Source of the DNA: Octopus vulgaris
Lineage: Eukaryota
Assembly: GCA_951406725.2 (NCBI GenBank)
Contig: OX597820.1
Location: 102,734,001-102,798,000, forward strand
Reading direction: 5' to 3'
DNA length: 64,000 bases
The first letter of the stretch is position 1. Every line of letters begins with the position of its first letter. The position numbers and the translations under genes are program-made. Below the pieces are notes generated by a model. That model saw only the letters and a list, made by a program, of their open reading frames with translations, did no database searches and was not told the DNA's origin. Positions 10,475-25,841 of this stretch are shown one piece after another.

Positions 10475-13400
10475 CTAATGGAAAACAAAAATGGAAGAAT
10501 CCCGACTGAAACTTTTTAAATCCTTATTATGGTCAGTCAAGGTTAAAGCACAACGGCATCATTTTCCAAATTGATTAAACTTGAACTCATCGATACTTTC
10601 TTTTGTGGTATCCTTATATAATATTAAACTCTACTACAAAAATTATTTAAATCTTCAAAACGAAATATAGTTGAATATATTATATTCATTATTTGAAATC
10701 ATTTACATCAACTAAAAGCAAAAGATACCTTTGATTAATAATTGAAATTGACAAATAATTGGATTTTCATTTTCTTTTTATTATTTTTTTATATAAAGAC
10801 AAAATCGTTTGAATATTTTATTCTCGCAAATATTTGTTCTTTTCCCACACGACAACTTTTTGCTTCTGGTAATATAATTAATTCTGCGTTTGTAAATGGC
10901 TAATTGAGCACGTCATCGTATTTCCCGTTGTTGATTAAATTGTAACCACAACGCAATCCTCATTACCTGATTACTTTGAAAGGAAAATGTCTTCCATGTA
11001 CAAAATTTATCTGAATATAAACATCAACAAAATGTAGCTTCGAGTCATATTACTAAAATCTAAATATATTTCTGTTATATTTTTGCAAACAAAAGTTTGG
11101 GATGGTAGTAATTTCTTTAAGTTCTAAATTCAAAATTCTGCTTGTCTCAATATTTCCTGATCTGGAAAAATCCAGTTACATGACGATTTAGTTTTTTATC
11201 CCTTCCCAACATTTATTGTAGTTTGGCTATGTTAGAAATCAACATAATAATTAGCTAACAAAGCATATAAATAATAGGTTTACAGCCAGACAAACATTGA
11301 ACTGAATTTATGCACTTATAGCTAAATCATATTTTATAAAATGCCCTTTGAAATATGATATAGTAGCTGTAAGTAGTTGTTTTTAAGTCAATAGTATATT
11401 TTTAAGTCAATAGTATATTAAAGAGTTTCTAACATAACACAGGACTGAGGTATCAGAGAGTATGTTGAATTGTCGGATGCAGAGTCAAAGATTCCGCGCT
11501 GAGCACGATGAATATTAATGGACAATACTCCCAGCACTCGCTGGTTTAGTCTACATAGCTGTATGTACATACCATGAGGAAACATCTTATTGCTCTAAGG
11601 ATCGGAAACAATGCATACTTATAGCTTGTGCTGAGTTCTACTTCACAGTGTGTTGCAGAAGATAAGAAATCATTACAGTATATTCTTCTATGGAAATCTA
11701 TACTACTTGTAAAAGTTACTAGAATCCGTCAATAAGTCAATGGAGTTGTTAACGCTACAATGCATGACGGTTGTTTATAAAATCAGTTTCTTACTTCGCT
11801 TGTTTTTCTCGGCGAAAGTGTGTTATTAGAGAGGAGTTGAAACGTTTCTATGTTGTAAGTCTAAATGTCTTCCATGTAAGTTTTGAAAATATTAAAGCAA
11901 GCACTTATCTCTTGCTATATGCAACCATTACCAGTATTATTTTAAATTATAATTTCATTAACACAAAGTCGGTGTGTTTAAGTTCCTTTGTATTAAACTT
12001 CGAAAAAATGTATAATGTTTTTAACACATTTAGAATCTTAATTGTAGAACCATGATGAAAATGGCCAAACGAGCTTGCTATCAATTCAAATTCAAGTTAC
12101 CTGCAGAAGTAAGAAATTGCCATTTAGCAAATAGCATTTTTTATTTTAACTGTGTCCGAAGACTATTTTTAAAGGATATATTTTACTCATTATCTTAACA
12201 CTAATTATTGGGATGTGAAAGAATGAAAAGTAAAGAAAAAAATCTGGAGTATTTGAATTCAATCTAGAAGAACGAACTTTTAACATATTTGCTTTGGCTC
12301 CAGATTGTTCATTCATAATCCAAACCTATTTGAAAAGACTGAGAACGAACATTTCTGAAAAGTTTTTTCTGTGTTTTGTGTATGTAGACTATATCATTTA
12401 AAGAAAGATTTGGTGAGTATATTTTTATATATACAGAAAGGCTTAAGCTAACTACTATGAACTGACATTGGAAATTAAACACGATATTTAGAACGACCTT
12501 TTAGAAACAATAATAACAAGAACTCAGCATAAATTCATTTAGACCAAACTTGAGTAGGGCTTTGAAAGTGAAGTAATGTCAGTCAGCAGTAGAGCATGAC
12601 TTGAATGAAACACATTATTAATAGTCTCGTCTACTTCCTAGAGATGCATCTACAAGAACAAGCAAAATCAGAGGAACAATTAGAGCTTGCGAAGGAACGA
12701 TATATATTGGTGGAGCACCAAGCTATGAATTTCAAAATAGATTGGCAGAACCTCTCATAGGAACATAAATAAAACTCCTCAAACTACTTGTTTGGTTTTC
12801 TTTCTTCCCTCTTCAGAAAATGGATTTTACAGCTTGGAAAATATAATCAATGCCAATCAAAATTGTACGTTTTCAATTGTATTTGTGTTTTAAAAGCAAA
12901 TTTTGATAGCAACGAAGAAATTTAATCATTTGTATTATCACTATAAAGGAAAAGAAAGCGGATTTGTTAAAACTAAATACTTTCATTTTGATAACTTTTT
13001 ATTCAATTAATTGGAACGATTTTGACGCTAAAATAAGGAAAGAGTTGATTAAAGTAACGGGTGTTTTAAATAATTTTCACGCAATTCAATAAAGTAAATT
13101 TTATCTTGTTTATTAATTCGTTATTTTTTTTTTTTGCCAGAAAGAAAAAAAAGATCTAATTACAAATGTGAAGATACTTTATGTCTGTATAAATATTTGT
13201 TAATATTTTCAAAACTTACTAACGAAAGCTAATGTTGATTTGTTTTTTTAAGCGAAACATATTTTTGAGACATGACTATAATAGTCTGTTCTTTTTGTTT
13301 GCTCATTATCACTTCATCAAAATTGTTGAAACAATACAAATACTTAAAAATGATGTGATGTCGCTTGAGATCAAACATAGACGGCTAAATTGACAAATAT

Positions 13401-15206
13401 ATTTGCGTCAGTAAAACTGGTAGAGTGACAGAAACGGAAGTGTTCCTCTAATTATATTGCAATATTTGGATTCACCTCAAATCTCTCTGTCCTCCACAAA
13501 TTTACCTTTAATTCCTTCGGCTGTATAAAACACATACAATTATATTTTGGCGTAGAGTCTTATATGCATACACCAGTCATAGATTTGTAGAGTAGCCTCA
13601 ATATCAATAAATCAATTCAGATAGGTAGTGAGACACAATAAGTACTTCGAAGTTTCGTATATATTGCTTCTTAGCTCAGAAAAGAAAGCAAAACCGTAAC
13701 GGAAATTTTTAGTGAATTTAGTAAATGAACAAAGATGGTAGTTTCAAAAAACTTCACGGCTCATGTTTTAGGGAGAATTCTGATTTTTGTTATCAGATAA
13801 GATTATAGTACCAGGCACGCTTCTGTACTATCTAAGGAAATTGACCTTCTAAATAAAGTGTAATTTTCTCAAGTTAACCTGTACAGTTTCTTCTAATAGT
13901 AAAAAGAGTTACAAAACAGATTTGATCAGGAGAGATTTGAAAAATTACAAACCGACATGGAACATGGTCGAGCTTCAAACGAATTACATACTGTTTTATA
14001 TGTTAAATTTTGCCCCTCGACCATCGTTAAAATTTTGGGCCCAAAATCCAAAATCCAAAATCCAAATTTACTGTTAACACCTAAGTAAAGGCATGAACCT
14101 CGCAGATTTTCTTTTATCAAACTAGGTAAATCTAAGTATTTTTCCCAAATGAAACAAAATATTTACTTTCAGTGACTGCCACTCTCATAGAACAAGAAAT
14201 AATCAAAGAAGTAAAGGTTGTGATTTAGTTTACATTCCTTGTAAAACATTTTTATCTAATTGACCAGAATAGCTCTTGAGAAAATCATGGAGATTACAAT
14301 ACAGCATTTAACCTTCCAGAGAAATCTAAGAACTTCGTGTCTAGACAAAAGAAACATTACTTACTTCGGTCGTAGACTTGTAATTCAGCCGAAAAGTTGA
14401 ACGCTGCACTAAATACTTTACAGCATTTAGTTTCGCGTTTTTCATCCCCCTGGATTCAGTAATATGAATACCCATAATGCATAGGATTACAATGAAACAT
14501 CTTGACTTCCACTCACACAAACATTTTTCTTCGGTTTAATGCTATAAAATCAATAATCTGCCATTTTAATGTGACTGGCAATATATAACCGCGTCAAGTT
14601 CTGTAATGGTAACTTATAGAGAGTTCAACACTAATTTTGTCTGAAACACATAGTTTGCAGTATTTGTTTGCAAGAAAAACAATAAATAATAGCAGGACGA
14701 ACGTTATTGTGTTCTCGCTGCTACTTTGACGTCCATAATTAACTGCTTCTTTAGTATAATCAGCATTTTTTACTTCAAGTTTGTAATGCTTTAACATTTC
14801 TATCTTCTATCCGACTAGTGTATTTGGCATATTCAATGCAATACAAAATAGTTTCCTGTTAGCTTAATTCTGACGTGATTAATCTTGTTTCTTTACTTGA
14901 ATATGTTCTGTGAACGACTAGATTTAAAAAACTTTAACTGGTATACTACTATAACATTGGTTTTGGGTTTGTTCCTAAGCCATTATTTCAGTAAATACTA
15001 CATTACATTTCCAGCTTGTTGGTTTCGCTCTTCGACTAAGCAGACCATTGGTCGAAAGCTATCCAGCTTTGGTCACACCGCTTTTCTTTCGGGTTTTTAC
15101 GAGTATGTTCAACTTTAATAGTCCGTAAGGAAAAAAGGGTGTAAAGAAACAACTCGAATAAGAGACAAGTAAATGTCTCTCTCAATGCTTCTAAATGAAA
15201 ATGGAT

Positions 15207-15952
<746 letters not shown>

Positions 15953-16095
15953 ACATTGGTAGGCCATTAAACCAAACTCAATAGTTCGTCAATTTTTTTT
16001 TTTTTTTAAGTTAAATTAAAATACATGAGCAGCAACAGTTCTCACATCGACAATGCTCTTCTCAATACGTGTGATGTACCAGTTAAGACAATCTA

Positions 16096-16170
<75 letters not shown>

Positions 16171-16182
16171 GTTGTTGTTCTG

Positions 16183-16249
<67 letters not shown>

Positions 16250-16253
<4 letters not shown>

Positions 16254-19095
16254 CACTCTTTCCCAGAGACTGTATTTCTGGGTGTCAGAAGTTTTATAAA
16301 TGTTATTCTTCACTGAATTGGTAGCAAGAACCTGGTCAGCAGTGATCAGGCTTTCGGTGGTACACTTTAGATCACCTTGCTCAAGTCATTCCCACAATAC
16401 TATATTATCCTTAACGTTTTCTGTATTCTTTTCAAACTGTTCATGCATTGTCATTCCAAGAAGGTCTTCTTTTCTCTTCTCAGCTCTTTGGTTAAACTCT
16501 TCCTTGCCCATCATTTTAACTGTATGTACACCCATATCATTTGCGGCATATTGTGGCAGGTCTTCATCGCTATTTATCAAATCCTCGGCACACGTACTCC
16601 TTTCACTACTTATAAAATAGTCTATACTAATTAGTCCTCTTTTCATTTTAAGTACTGAGCAGTTTGTAATCCCAAATTTCATAACGATGTCCCTACCATG
16701 CTACATTCACTTACTATATGAGTAATACTTTCCTCTCTTTATTTGCATAACTTACATTGAGAAACAACTTAGTTTTTGTCTGTCCAGTTAGTCTTGTGCT
16801 GCTACTATCAAACTTTCTGTCTTCCATTCCAATCTTCCTTTCTGCATCTAAAACCAAGTTTCACTGCTACTACTTGCTGACACTATCTGCGGGAACCTAC
16901 CATGCAACGCATTCTCCTGCCAGTCAGATAGTTTCTGTTCTCTTTTCTCGTTCTTAACTCCGTTTGGTGTTTTGGTTTCGCTATGTTTTGCTGCGACTCT
17001 AGCAATTCTTAATAAATTTTCTTCACTATTACCTACCTAGGAGATTATGTCTACTCTAGCTCTATGCGGTCTTCTGTTAATAGTAACATTCTTCCACCTT
17101 CCTTTCAAGGTGAGTATAATCTTGCTCTTCCTGCCCTTGTGTGGAGTTCTCCATTCATACTGAATTCCTTCCTGGCTTTTCTATATAGCATTGCTGATTC
17201 AGTTTTTTCCTAAACTACAAAAGCTGCAGTGTATTTAAGTAAGGGTACTGCCAAGTATTTACAGCCTTCACTAAAATCGGATCTCTTAGATTTGATTTCA
17301 TTAGCTTCTTTACCATTTATAGGTACTCTTCAATTTTCGTTTTTATTTCTAAATTTAGAACTCTGTCAGATTCTAATACTCTTATGTACTTATAACTCCT
17401 TCTTTTAATGATTTTAATTACTGGTCATCTGGTAATTGGATGCTTTCACTGTTGCCTACCTGCTCCATTTTCATGACTAATATTACACACTTATCTATGC
17501 CAAATTCCATGCCTATATCTTTGCTGCAGAATCTTAAAGTTTGTATTAAGGAATCTATCTTTTTTTTTTTCATTCTTACTAAAATTCTTCAGATCATTCA
17601 TGTAGAGCAGATGCTTAATCTTTCCCTTACTATTTCTAAACTGATATCCTGCCTTTGCCTTCCTTGATACTAAACTGAGGGTTATCAAACATGACAAATA
17701 TTAAAGGGGGTGAGTTTCCTTGGAAAATTTCTCTTTTGTTATTAACCTTTCCGAAGACTGTGTCACCTGAGTTTAGATCTACTTTCCATTTCTTCATAAT
17801 AAAGCTAATTAATACTCTTATGTTGTCTGATAAACTGAATATACTAAAACATTCACTTATCCATGAGTATGATATCATGTTATCGGCTTTTTTGTAATCT
17901 ATTAGATTTTTCTTTGTAACTTTTACTTCATTTAGAACTGCTTTGTCTATTGATAACGCGTACCTCTAGCCTTCTTCCAGTAAACTTTGTGTTCTTCTGG
18001 CAGTAAATTTTGGTTGTCAAGGTGCTCGTAAATGCTTTCTGAAATCATTCCCGTTACCAGCTTCCACACTGTAAGAATCGTAAGCAAGTGATTGGTCTAT
18101 AATTGCTAGCTGCATCACCCTTGCTTTTATCTTTGATAAGGAGTATTGTCCTCCCTCTAGTTATCTAATCTGGTATTATTCCTCCATTCAGGTAATCTTG
18201 AAGTTGTTCCCTCAGCCTCCCATGAAAACTACTAAATTTCTTTAACCAGTGCCCTTGAAATAAATCTGGTCCTGGGCCCTTCCAAATTGGCATCTTTCCT
18301 AACACTTTACCTATTAATGCTCCAGTTAGTCTTATATATGGCTGCTTCTCACTCACTACTTTAACCATACTTTAAAACTTACTTTCTTTCACCATACTAC
18401 ATCTCCATTATAACTGACTGGCTCATCCCGAATATTACTCCTGAACTTTCTAGCTTCTTCTGCATTAGGTACTTTCTTTTCATCTTCAGTACTTTCTTCA
18501 CCTCAATTAATCTTTTTATAAAATCTCTTCTGGTCTGTCTCAAATAATCTATTCTGTTGATACTGATGCATTCTTTTCTGAGATCTGGCGAGCTTACCTG
18601 CTACTACTATGATTCGCTGTTTCAACTCTTCTATGTTTGTCCCAAATTCTTTCTCTTTGACTACGTATCTTTTCTCAAGAGCAGATTTAAATCTTGTGCT
18701 TCCTAACTTATTCAGTTTCCAAGCTTCTATTCTACTCAGAACTTTCCTTACTTTATTTTGTGTTTATAAAGTCTTCACTTTATTTTGTAATCTCCTTTTC
18801 CACATTTGCTCTTTTCTAATCTTTCCTTGTGGAATATCTAATCCTATAGTAACTGCTACGCACTCCGGCACAGATCAATTAGTTAGTGTTTCTTATATTT
18901 TTAGTATCTGTCCTACTGACGGCATGATCTTTCCTAGTCATATCTAGCAGCTTCCTTCTGTTGGTCCGTTTTAATGCTGGCAATCTTTTTCTGATTTTTT
19001 TACTCACTACTTTCTGCAACTCTTCTAAAATCTTCTGATCTTCCTCACTTAAGTCGCTGGTTCTTGTTGTCCCTTCGTTATTGGTAGTGCTATTA
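16250..19095 (-). pseudogene. Degenerate R4/Dong-clade reverse transcriptase
   Basis: Motifs WKGPGPD..GHWLKKF, NYRPITCL, IFQGNSPPLIF and HLLYMNDLK, with many stops and frameshifts. Confidence 0.85.
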
Positions 19096-19104
19096 TTATT
19101 TATT

Positions 19105-19465
19105 CTTTAGGTTCTTGTTTAGATTGTATTATTGGATTGATTGTGTCTTGCGTATGATGTGGGCTGTTCCCAGGAGGACTATTTTTTCAACAGTGTGTAG
19201 CGTTGAGGATCCAGGTATAGCTTCTACGTTTTGGTTCATATGTTCTTTTCTCATGTCCAATGCTCCGACTATTATTGGTATTGTTTTTACCTTCATGCTC
19301 CGCATTTTGAATACTTCAATTTCGAGTTTTTGTACCTTCTTCTGTCTAGCTTTACTAATTCAGTTTTTGTCCAATCTACAAAAGCTGATGTGCATCTGAG
19401 TAATGATACTACCCAAGTATTTACAGCCTTCACTAGGCTTGGACCATTTAGTTTTGACTTCATTT
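19105..19465 (-). pseudogene. R4/Dong RLE C-terminal fragment joined to a short RT-region fragment
   Basis: Minus-strand LEIEV..TIPIIVGAL..IVLLGTAHIIRK. 19345-19460 resembles 17200-17290. Confidence 0.7.
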
Positions 19466-19559
19466 TATTATTATTATTATTGTTGTTGTTATTGTTGTTG
19501 TTTTGATTCTCGATGTTGTAGTAGCGGTTGTTCTTTACCTGAAAGCAGTCATTATCAAA

Positions 19560-19958
19560 TCACCAAACGTTTCAAGTAGTGTCTTCTCCTGTGACTCAAC
19601 GAGACAAAACTCTCCTTGGAATGCGAGTTGTACACAACAATGCTGTTCTCTGGATCACTTCGAGCCTAACAGCAGCTCCAATATTCTTTGTATGTTTTTC
19701 AAGCTCTTGGAAATTGTCCCTAATGCTCCAATTTCCACCGGTATCATCATTACTTTGCTCAATCCCCATAGCTTTCCTCTATCGTCCCTCAGTGGCTGGT
19801 ATTTCTCACTCTTTTCTATTTCCTAACATTTCACTCTCGAATCCCCTGGTATTGCAACATCTATTATCTTTGCTTCTTTTTCATCTTTATGGCTGATCAG
19901 GATATCTGGCCGTCTCGCCTCTATGACTTAATCGACTGTAAGTTAAAATCCCAGAGTA

Positions 19959-19960
<2 letters not shown>
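19560..19960 (-). pseudogene. R4/Dong RLE domain fragment
   Basis: ILWDFNLQ..IEARRPDIL..IIDVAIPGDSRV..EKYQPL..IPVEIGALGTI, abutting (TAA)n. Confidence 0.8.
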
Positions 19961-20040
<80 letters not shown>

Positions 20041-20075
20041 CATCATCATTATTTTTATTTTTATTATTATTATTA

Positions 20076-20133
<58 letters not shown>

Positions 20134-20168
20134 CATCATCATTATTTTTATTTTTATTATTATTATTA

Positions 20169-20215
<47 letters not shown>

Positions 20216-20273
20216 ATTATTATTATTATTATTATTATCATCATCTTCATCATCATTATTATTATTATTATTG
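19958..20273. repeat. Compound (ATT/ATC)n microsatellite with higher-order duplication
   Basis: The motif catcatcattatttttatttttattattattattatc occurs twice within the ATT array. Confidence 0.9.
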
Positions 20274-20797
20274 TTGAGTGAGAGAGCAGTGCATGCCATC
20301 AAAGTAACACTGGGGTAGGATATACGAAGCCCAGTATACCCATCATGACTACCCGTCTGATAAGGGTACACCAGGCACATGCATCACAACCATATGTGCG
20401 CGACATAGTGATCTCATATCAAGATAAGCAGCGCTTGACCTTGCAGGTGAGGCCCAGTTAGAATTTTCTTCTGGTCGAGTAGCCCATCCCACTCAAAAGG
20501 TTCCTGAATAAGGGTTGTTTAAGGATGTTGAACAGACCACCCATGTTTCCAAAGGTGAATTATCCAAACCTCCAAGAATTCCTTTCAATACATGGCTATG
20601 ATGCTCCTCCACTACTTCTGCTCATGATCAAAGATGCACATATCGTCAGCCACTAAGGGACATGCTCAACTGGTTAAGGTAAACAACTGACAGGCAAATC
20701 TGTGATATTGAGCAGAATATTTGCTGTAGCCCATCTTTTATATACCAAGACAAAACAATGTACATGATAACACTTCCAATCAATTAAGATCAGGAGT
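20274..20797 (-). mobile_element. ~555-bp non-coding TAA-associated element (family C), slightly truncated
   Basis: High similarity to 50968-51498 and 51675-52232; flanked by TTA repeats. Strand inferred from the (TAA)n tail. Confidence 0.85.
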
Positions 20798-21535
20798 CTA
20801 TCATTATTATTATAAGTATAAGTAGTAGTGGTAGTAGTAATAGCAGCAGCAGCAGAAATAGTAGTAGTAGCTGACGTCATTGTTACTCTTGTTCCCTGTT
20901 ACTGCTGCTGCTTCTGATGTTGTTGCTGTTGTTTAACCATACATTACCTAAATATGTGATGGAAGAACAGCAGGTTTGTTATATGCTTGTACTTCTGTAT
21001 ATTTAGGCTCAACTAAGTAGCAACTAAGTTCAGGCTTTCAGTTGATATTTTCATTTGGGGAGAGACGTTTGCTATAGCCATTTATGGAGACAAAATCATC
21101 GATGTAGTATCGATCGCTTTGTTTACTAAATCAATATATAACGAAATCACATATACCTACGAGTGATCTCAGCATAATTTGCCAAGTAAAGACGGTTGAT
21201 AACCTCGTCATGAGAAAATCTACATTGCATTTTATACATATTAGCATACCAGAATACATTACTTGTGTGTATTTTGATCTATCCTGATTTTGTTTCGTTT
21301 GTTTTGTTATTTTATCTGACAAAATATTTGATTTCCACTTGTTTGTTCAAGAGTCAAATACCAGGCAGAAAGATATTTCTACATGTGGTCTACACCTACT
21401 TAAAGAGGAGAATCTGAAAGTAGTATTTGTTTTTTTATTATGCAAGCATATACTGACTTAGAGCATTTTTAAAGACACTTTAGAAATGAGAAAGTGTGTG
21501 TAATATTTGAGATGCAATATTTCTGACAGCGATAA

Positions 21536-21740
21536 GGCAGCAGGGCTGACAGGATCGTTAGCACCACGGACAATATGTTTAGCGGAATTTTGTTTGACTT
21601 TAGGTTTTGAGTTCAAATTCCGCCGATTCGACTTTAATTTTCATTATTTAAGGATCGATAAGATAAATACCAGTACGGGGGTCGATGTAATTTACTCTCC
21701 CTCTACCCCGAACTCGCTGGCCTTGTGCCAAAATTTGTAA
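21536..21740 (+). mobile_element. SINE family B, diverged copy
   Basis: Contains gagttcaaattccgcc and aggatcgataagataaataccagtacgggggtcgat, similar to 23698-23903. Confidence 0.7.
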
Positions 21741-23697
21741 TCAGTTTTCTGACAGCGATAGCATTCTAAAGGCAACGTAAGATTGGCACATAGTCTGATG
21801 ATAGGCCCTCACATCTTTTATCTGAGGTTCATGAATACACTGAAGACATCTGTGGTTAAATTGTATAGAGTGCAACACTTGTTGTTCACTTCAGCTGAGT
21901 AGTTATTGAGCAGAGAAGTAATCAGATACATTCTATTCCTGACCGTCCAGTATTTTTGAGTACATATTCTTTAGTGTCCAACGTGTTCTTTTTATTCTTT
22001 GAACTCAATAAGCATGATTTCCAAGTGATTATTCAACTTTTGTAGCAGATGATGCAACAACGTAGTAAAGCTCTTGACGACAGGTGTAGCGCGTTTTGAG
22101 GGATAGTTGGAAAGGGCTTTGATGTGATTAGTATGTGTGATTGTTCTAATTATTGTGAATCATTTCACCTCAATAACGATGCATCATTTCCAGATTACTT
22201 TGAGGATTTCAACAATTATACACAAGCTATGTAATCCTCTTGATATTTGCTATATATAATTGACAGCTGAAACTTCGTTTAATACAATATTTGCAGGAGC
22301 TTTGACTTTCTGCTTCTGATGTCCATTCATATACAATTGCCAGCTGAAACCATAAGCCTGAATTTTGAATACATTGGATACTTAGATATATTGTAAGTTT
22401 GATTGCGCATTTCTTATCGTGAAGGATGGATACCTATAACCATTTGTACTTGAGAAAAGGCAAAGAGACTATGGTAGACAGGTGACCTAAAATTTTTCGT
22501 GTCGTAGTAGTCTTCTTTAGCAAAACATATTTTAAGAGAGAAAAGGTGGAAATAAAATCTTTATCTGGTTCTTTACAATCATAATGCGATTTTCGTAGAG
22601 ATATACATAATCCTGGGGAAATAAAGAACATGTAGTAAGACGGCGAAATGGAAGAGCCACCAGAGCATCAGGAAGTTTACCTAGAAGTTTTCATTCCGGT
22701 TCTTTGCTCACTGAGTTTATATACCACAAAAGTTATCTTTATGTTCCAACCTTTCAGGGGTAGGTGCGATACATAAACTACCAGATCTTTAGTTCTTTAG
22801 AGTGGAGGAGTTGATTCATCTTTCTTTCAGACTGACTACGCTTTCCCCTCTTTACTCTCTCCCTCTCTCTCTCTTTCATTCTGTGACTAGCTCTCTCTCA
22901 CCCTCTCTCATTCTGACACTTGCTCTCTTCCCTCTCTCCCCCTCTCAGGCTTTGTGTAGGAGAATTTATCTGTAGTTAACGCTAGAATGGAATGGGTTCT
23001 ACTAAATGTAAAAATGCTTAAGCCATGCTGTATGTCACGACGACATCTCTACAACATTTAAACAAGAGATAGTTTACTATGGAAAAAAGTGTTTGCAACT
23101 ACAATTTCATATCACAGGCTCACTTTCTATATGACCATTTATATCCATCTTCATAATGCCTGTCGTCACTAAGTTTTATAGCTTCTCCCCAACCAAGACA
23201 GAGCCATGTTCGATGAAGAACGCCATAACTTTGCAGAAAATATCTATCAGGAGTTGAGATCTGAAGTCACGATAAAACATACTATTCGCTACATATTCGA
23301 ACACATTAAAAACTACTGTGCGGTGACTAAGGTTTAATATAAAGCAGAGTAGTATTGTCACATTCTCAGTCAGGTATTTAAACTCAGAACTACGGGACAT
23401 CGAAACAAGGTTACTGTCTTTGCAACCATAGAGCACAATTTCGGTATTCGAGTTCCCCAAGGCTCTCTAATATCATACCTCTTACTTTGAATAACACATA
23501 AAAAAATGTGCATAGTGAAAACCTTACTACGCAAGCTGGCTGCTCCGATACACGCGCGCGTGCACTCACATGCATGTATGCCAGTAGTGTATATACATAC
23601 ATATGTATCTACATATATATAATAATGTGAGTAAAGATGCGCGCGTGCACGGCACACGGACACATATCGTTATGATAATATAATTCATAGTCTAATC

Positions 23698-23903
23698 GGC
23701 GAGCTGGCGGAAACGTTAGCACGCCGGGCGAAATGCGTAGCCGTATTTCGTCTGCCGGTACGTTCTGAGTTCAAACTCCGCCGAGGTCGACTTTGCCTTT
23801 CATCATTTCGGGGTCGATTAAATAAGTACCAGTTACGCACTGAGGTCGATATACTCGACTTAATACGTGTGTCTGTCCTTGTTCGTCCCCTCTGAGTTTA
23901 ACC
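23698..23903 (+). mobile_element. tRNA-derived SINE family B with Meta/MESC-like central domain
   Basis: Head ggcgagctggcggaaacgttagc, B-box-like gagttcaaactcc, and central gcctttcatcatttcggggtcgattaaataagtacc. Followed by (gagcc)n. Confidence 0.85.
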
Positions 23904-23999
23904 GAGCCGAGCCGAGCTGAGCCTTCTGTGATAGTGACACCAATGACATAGCGTCGACTGTGGGCCGGTAGCTGTGTACAGTCGCCTCAATGTTGCCCA

Positions 24000-24305
24000 G
24001 AGCACTGTGCTGTCGTATTGTACGTATTACATGTACATCTATGTATACATATACGGCTATACATGTACATACAATAGAAAGATGTTTTTATTTCACCTTT
24101 AACACGTAATACTGAAAGTGTGGAGAATGTATGATATTGCTGTGGGCCCGCCCTAGGCAAGATGTTAAACATGTTTTGCTCATGACACTACACAGACCCC
24201 AAGGAAGGCATGTGTGAAAGTTGAATGAAATTAGTTGTGTAGTTCTCAAGTTTTAGGGATTCACACAGGCAGACAGACACACATTCTCAGTTTTATATAT
24301 ATATA
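24000..24305 (-). mobile_element. Non-autonomous Helitron-like element, partial copy
   Basis: 24085-24300 is a direct repeat of 25635-25835 (gaatgaaatt.gttgt.tagttctcaa...acagacac..ttctcagttttatatat). Confidence 0.55.
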
Positions 24306-24309
24306 TATG

Positions 24310-25838
24310 CTAGCATTATGACCCGTCGTTGCCGGGTCACAGTGCTAGTGCGTGTATATATGTGTATATATATGTGTACATATTACATGTACATCTTTAT
24401 ATATATATATACATCTACACATAAAATACAAAGTTATATCTTGATATCGCTAGTGATAACAATACTCAATATATATAACAGACTGGAATTGTAGGCCCGT
24501 CTCTTGCAATTTCGATGAATTGTATCTTGTCCTCCCTCTTGCGTAGAAGTGTTGCTACAGTCCAGCCTTTACTTCTGGGGGGACATTTTTAATTTTTATC
24601 CGGGACGTTCTACGTCCCAGATAAAAAGGTAAAAATAAAATATTTCCACTTTGCAAGGTTCGAGTCGAGTACTCCCTTGCTAGCTCCGTTGACTCGAACA
24701 TTGCTTCTATTGTGGCGAATTTACCGCCTCTGGTTAGATACTCGATATCTTTCATAGTCGCACCAAGACATTTTTCGATGGTGCTTTCCTCCAGGTGTTG
24801 AAATCGATTTTTTCTCTACATTGTATACTTTATAGACAATAGTTTTTTCTTTAATTTAATTTTTTATTTCGTTTGGTGGTGTTATCCTAGATTCACCGTC
24901 TTTGTCGGTGATCAATCCGAAATAGGTTTGTATTTCTTCCATTTTAATTTTAATGAGTTCGCGACCGCCAACGGCTGCAGCGAAATTCATTTTTGGACTT
25001 TCTTCTATCGAAGGCATTCTAACAAAAATGCTTCCATATAAACGGTGAAAATAGCTTCTACCAAAGGGGGAAGTTTACGGTTTACAATTATTTAACAAAT
25101 GCAACACAACAACGTTTCCCTTACGAGGAACCAACAAACGTGATAACAATAGTTAAACAGTAATAATAATAACAACAAACCTTACGGTGAATCAAAAAGC
25201 AGTAGGCAGTTGAAGCTATAGTCCTTTATGTATAAGAAATAAAACAACAGCAGTACTCAGTAGAAGCGGCTGTTCGAGAAAACAGACATTACATACAATC
25301 AAACCTCATATAGATATTTAATGCTAGCTAATTAGCAGATAATCTAATATAAAAGACGTGGTAAAGAGTATGCGCACAGCTCCATCTGGACTATTCCATT
25401 TCTGCACACTAATTTTATTATTAATTTATTCCCATTCATGTGAAACCACTTATTCAAGTTCAAGTCATTGATGCAATGTTATGCCAATTGCTATTTTTAC
25501 TTTTAATTGTTATGTTACGATTTAATTTAGTTTGATTTTAATTATTACTTACTACATATAATTCAATTTTTATTATTATCTCTAATTTTTATTGTTAAAG
25601 TGAAAGTATCTGACATAAAATAGAGAAATGTTTTTGTTTCACTTTTAACACGTAATACTGAAATTGTGGAGAAGATATGATATTGCTGTGGGCTCGCCCT
25701 AGGCAAAAAGTTAAATGACACTCCTCAGACCCTAAGTAAGGCATGTGTAAAATTTGAATGAAATTGGTTGTATAGTTCTCAATTTTTAGGGAAACACAGA
25801 CAGACAGACACACACACATTCTCAGTTTTATATATAGA
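24310..25838 (-). mobile_element. Non-autonomous Helitron-like element containing a LINE ORF1 5' fragment
   Basis: The minus strand starts TCtatatataaaactgagaatgtgtgt and ends with a GC-rich hairpin (gacccg/cgggtc) followed by CTAG at 24310. The base after CTAG is not the canonical T. Confidence 0.55.
24480..25017 (-). pseudogene. LINE ORF1 N-terminal fragment, paralogous to the ORF at 5873
   Basis: IEYLTRGGKFATIEAMFESTELAREY...ILFLPFYLGRRTSRIKIKNVPPEV aligns with IKFISRGVKYATVWLLFDTPEEACKF...ILFLPTYKKR/LMKAWICGLPPDI. Confidence 0.75.
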
Positions 25839-25841
25839 GAG

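Noticed and set aside
12630-12770. Possible host exon (short stretch open in two frames)
   Set aside because: No recognisable domain, no clear splice-site pair and no neighbouring exons.
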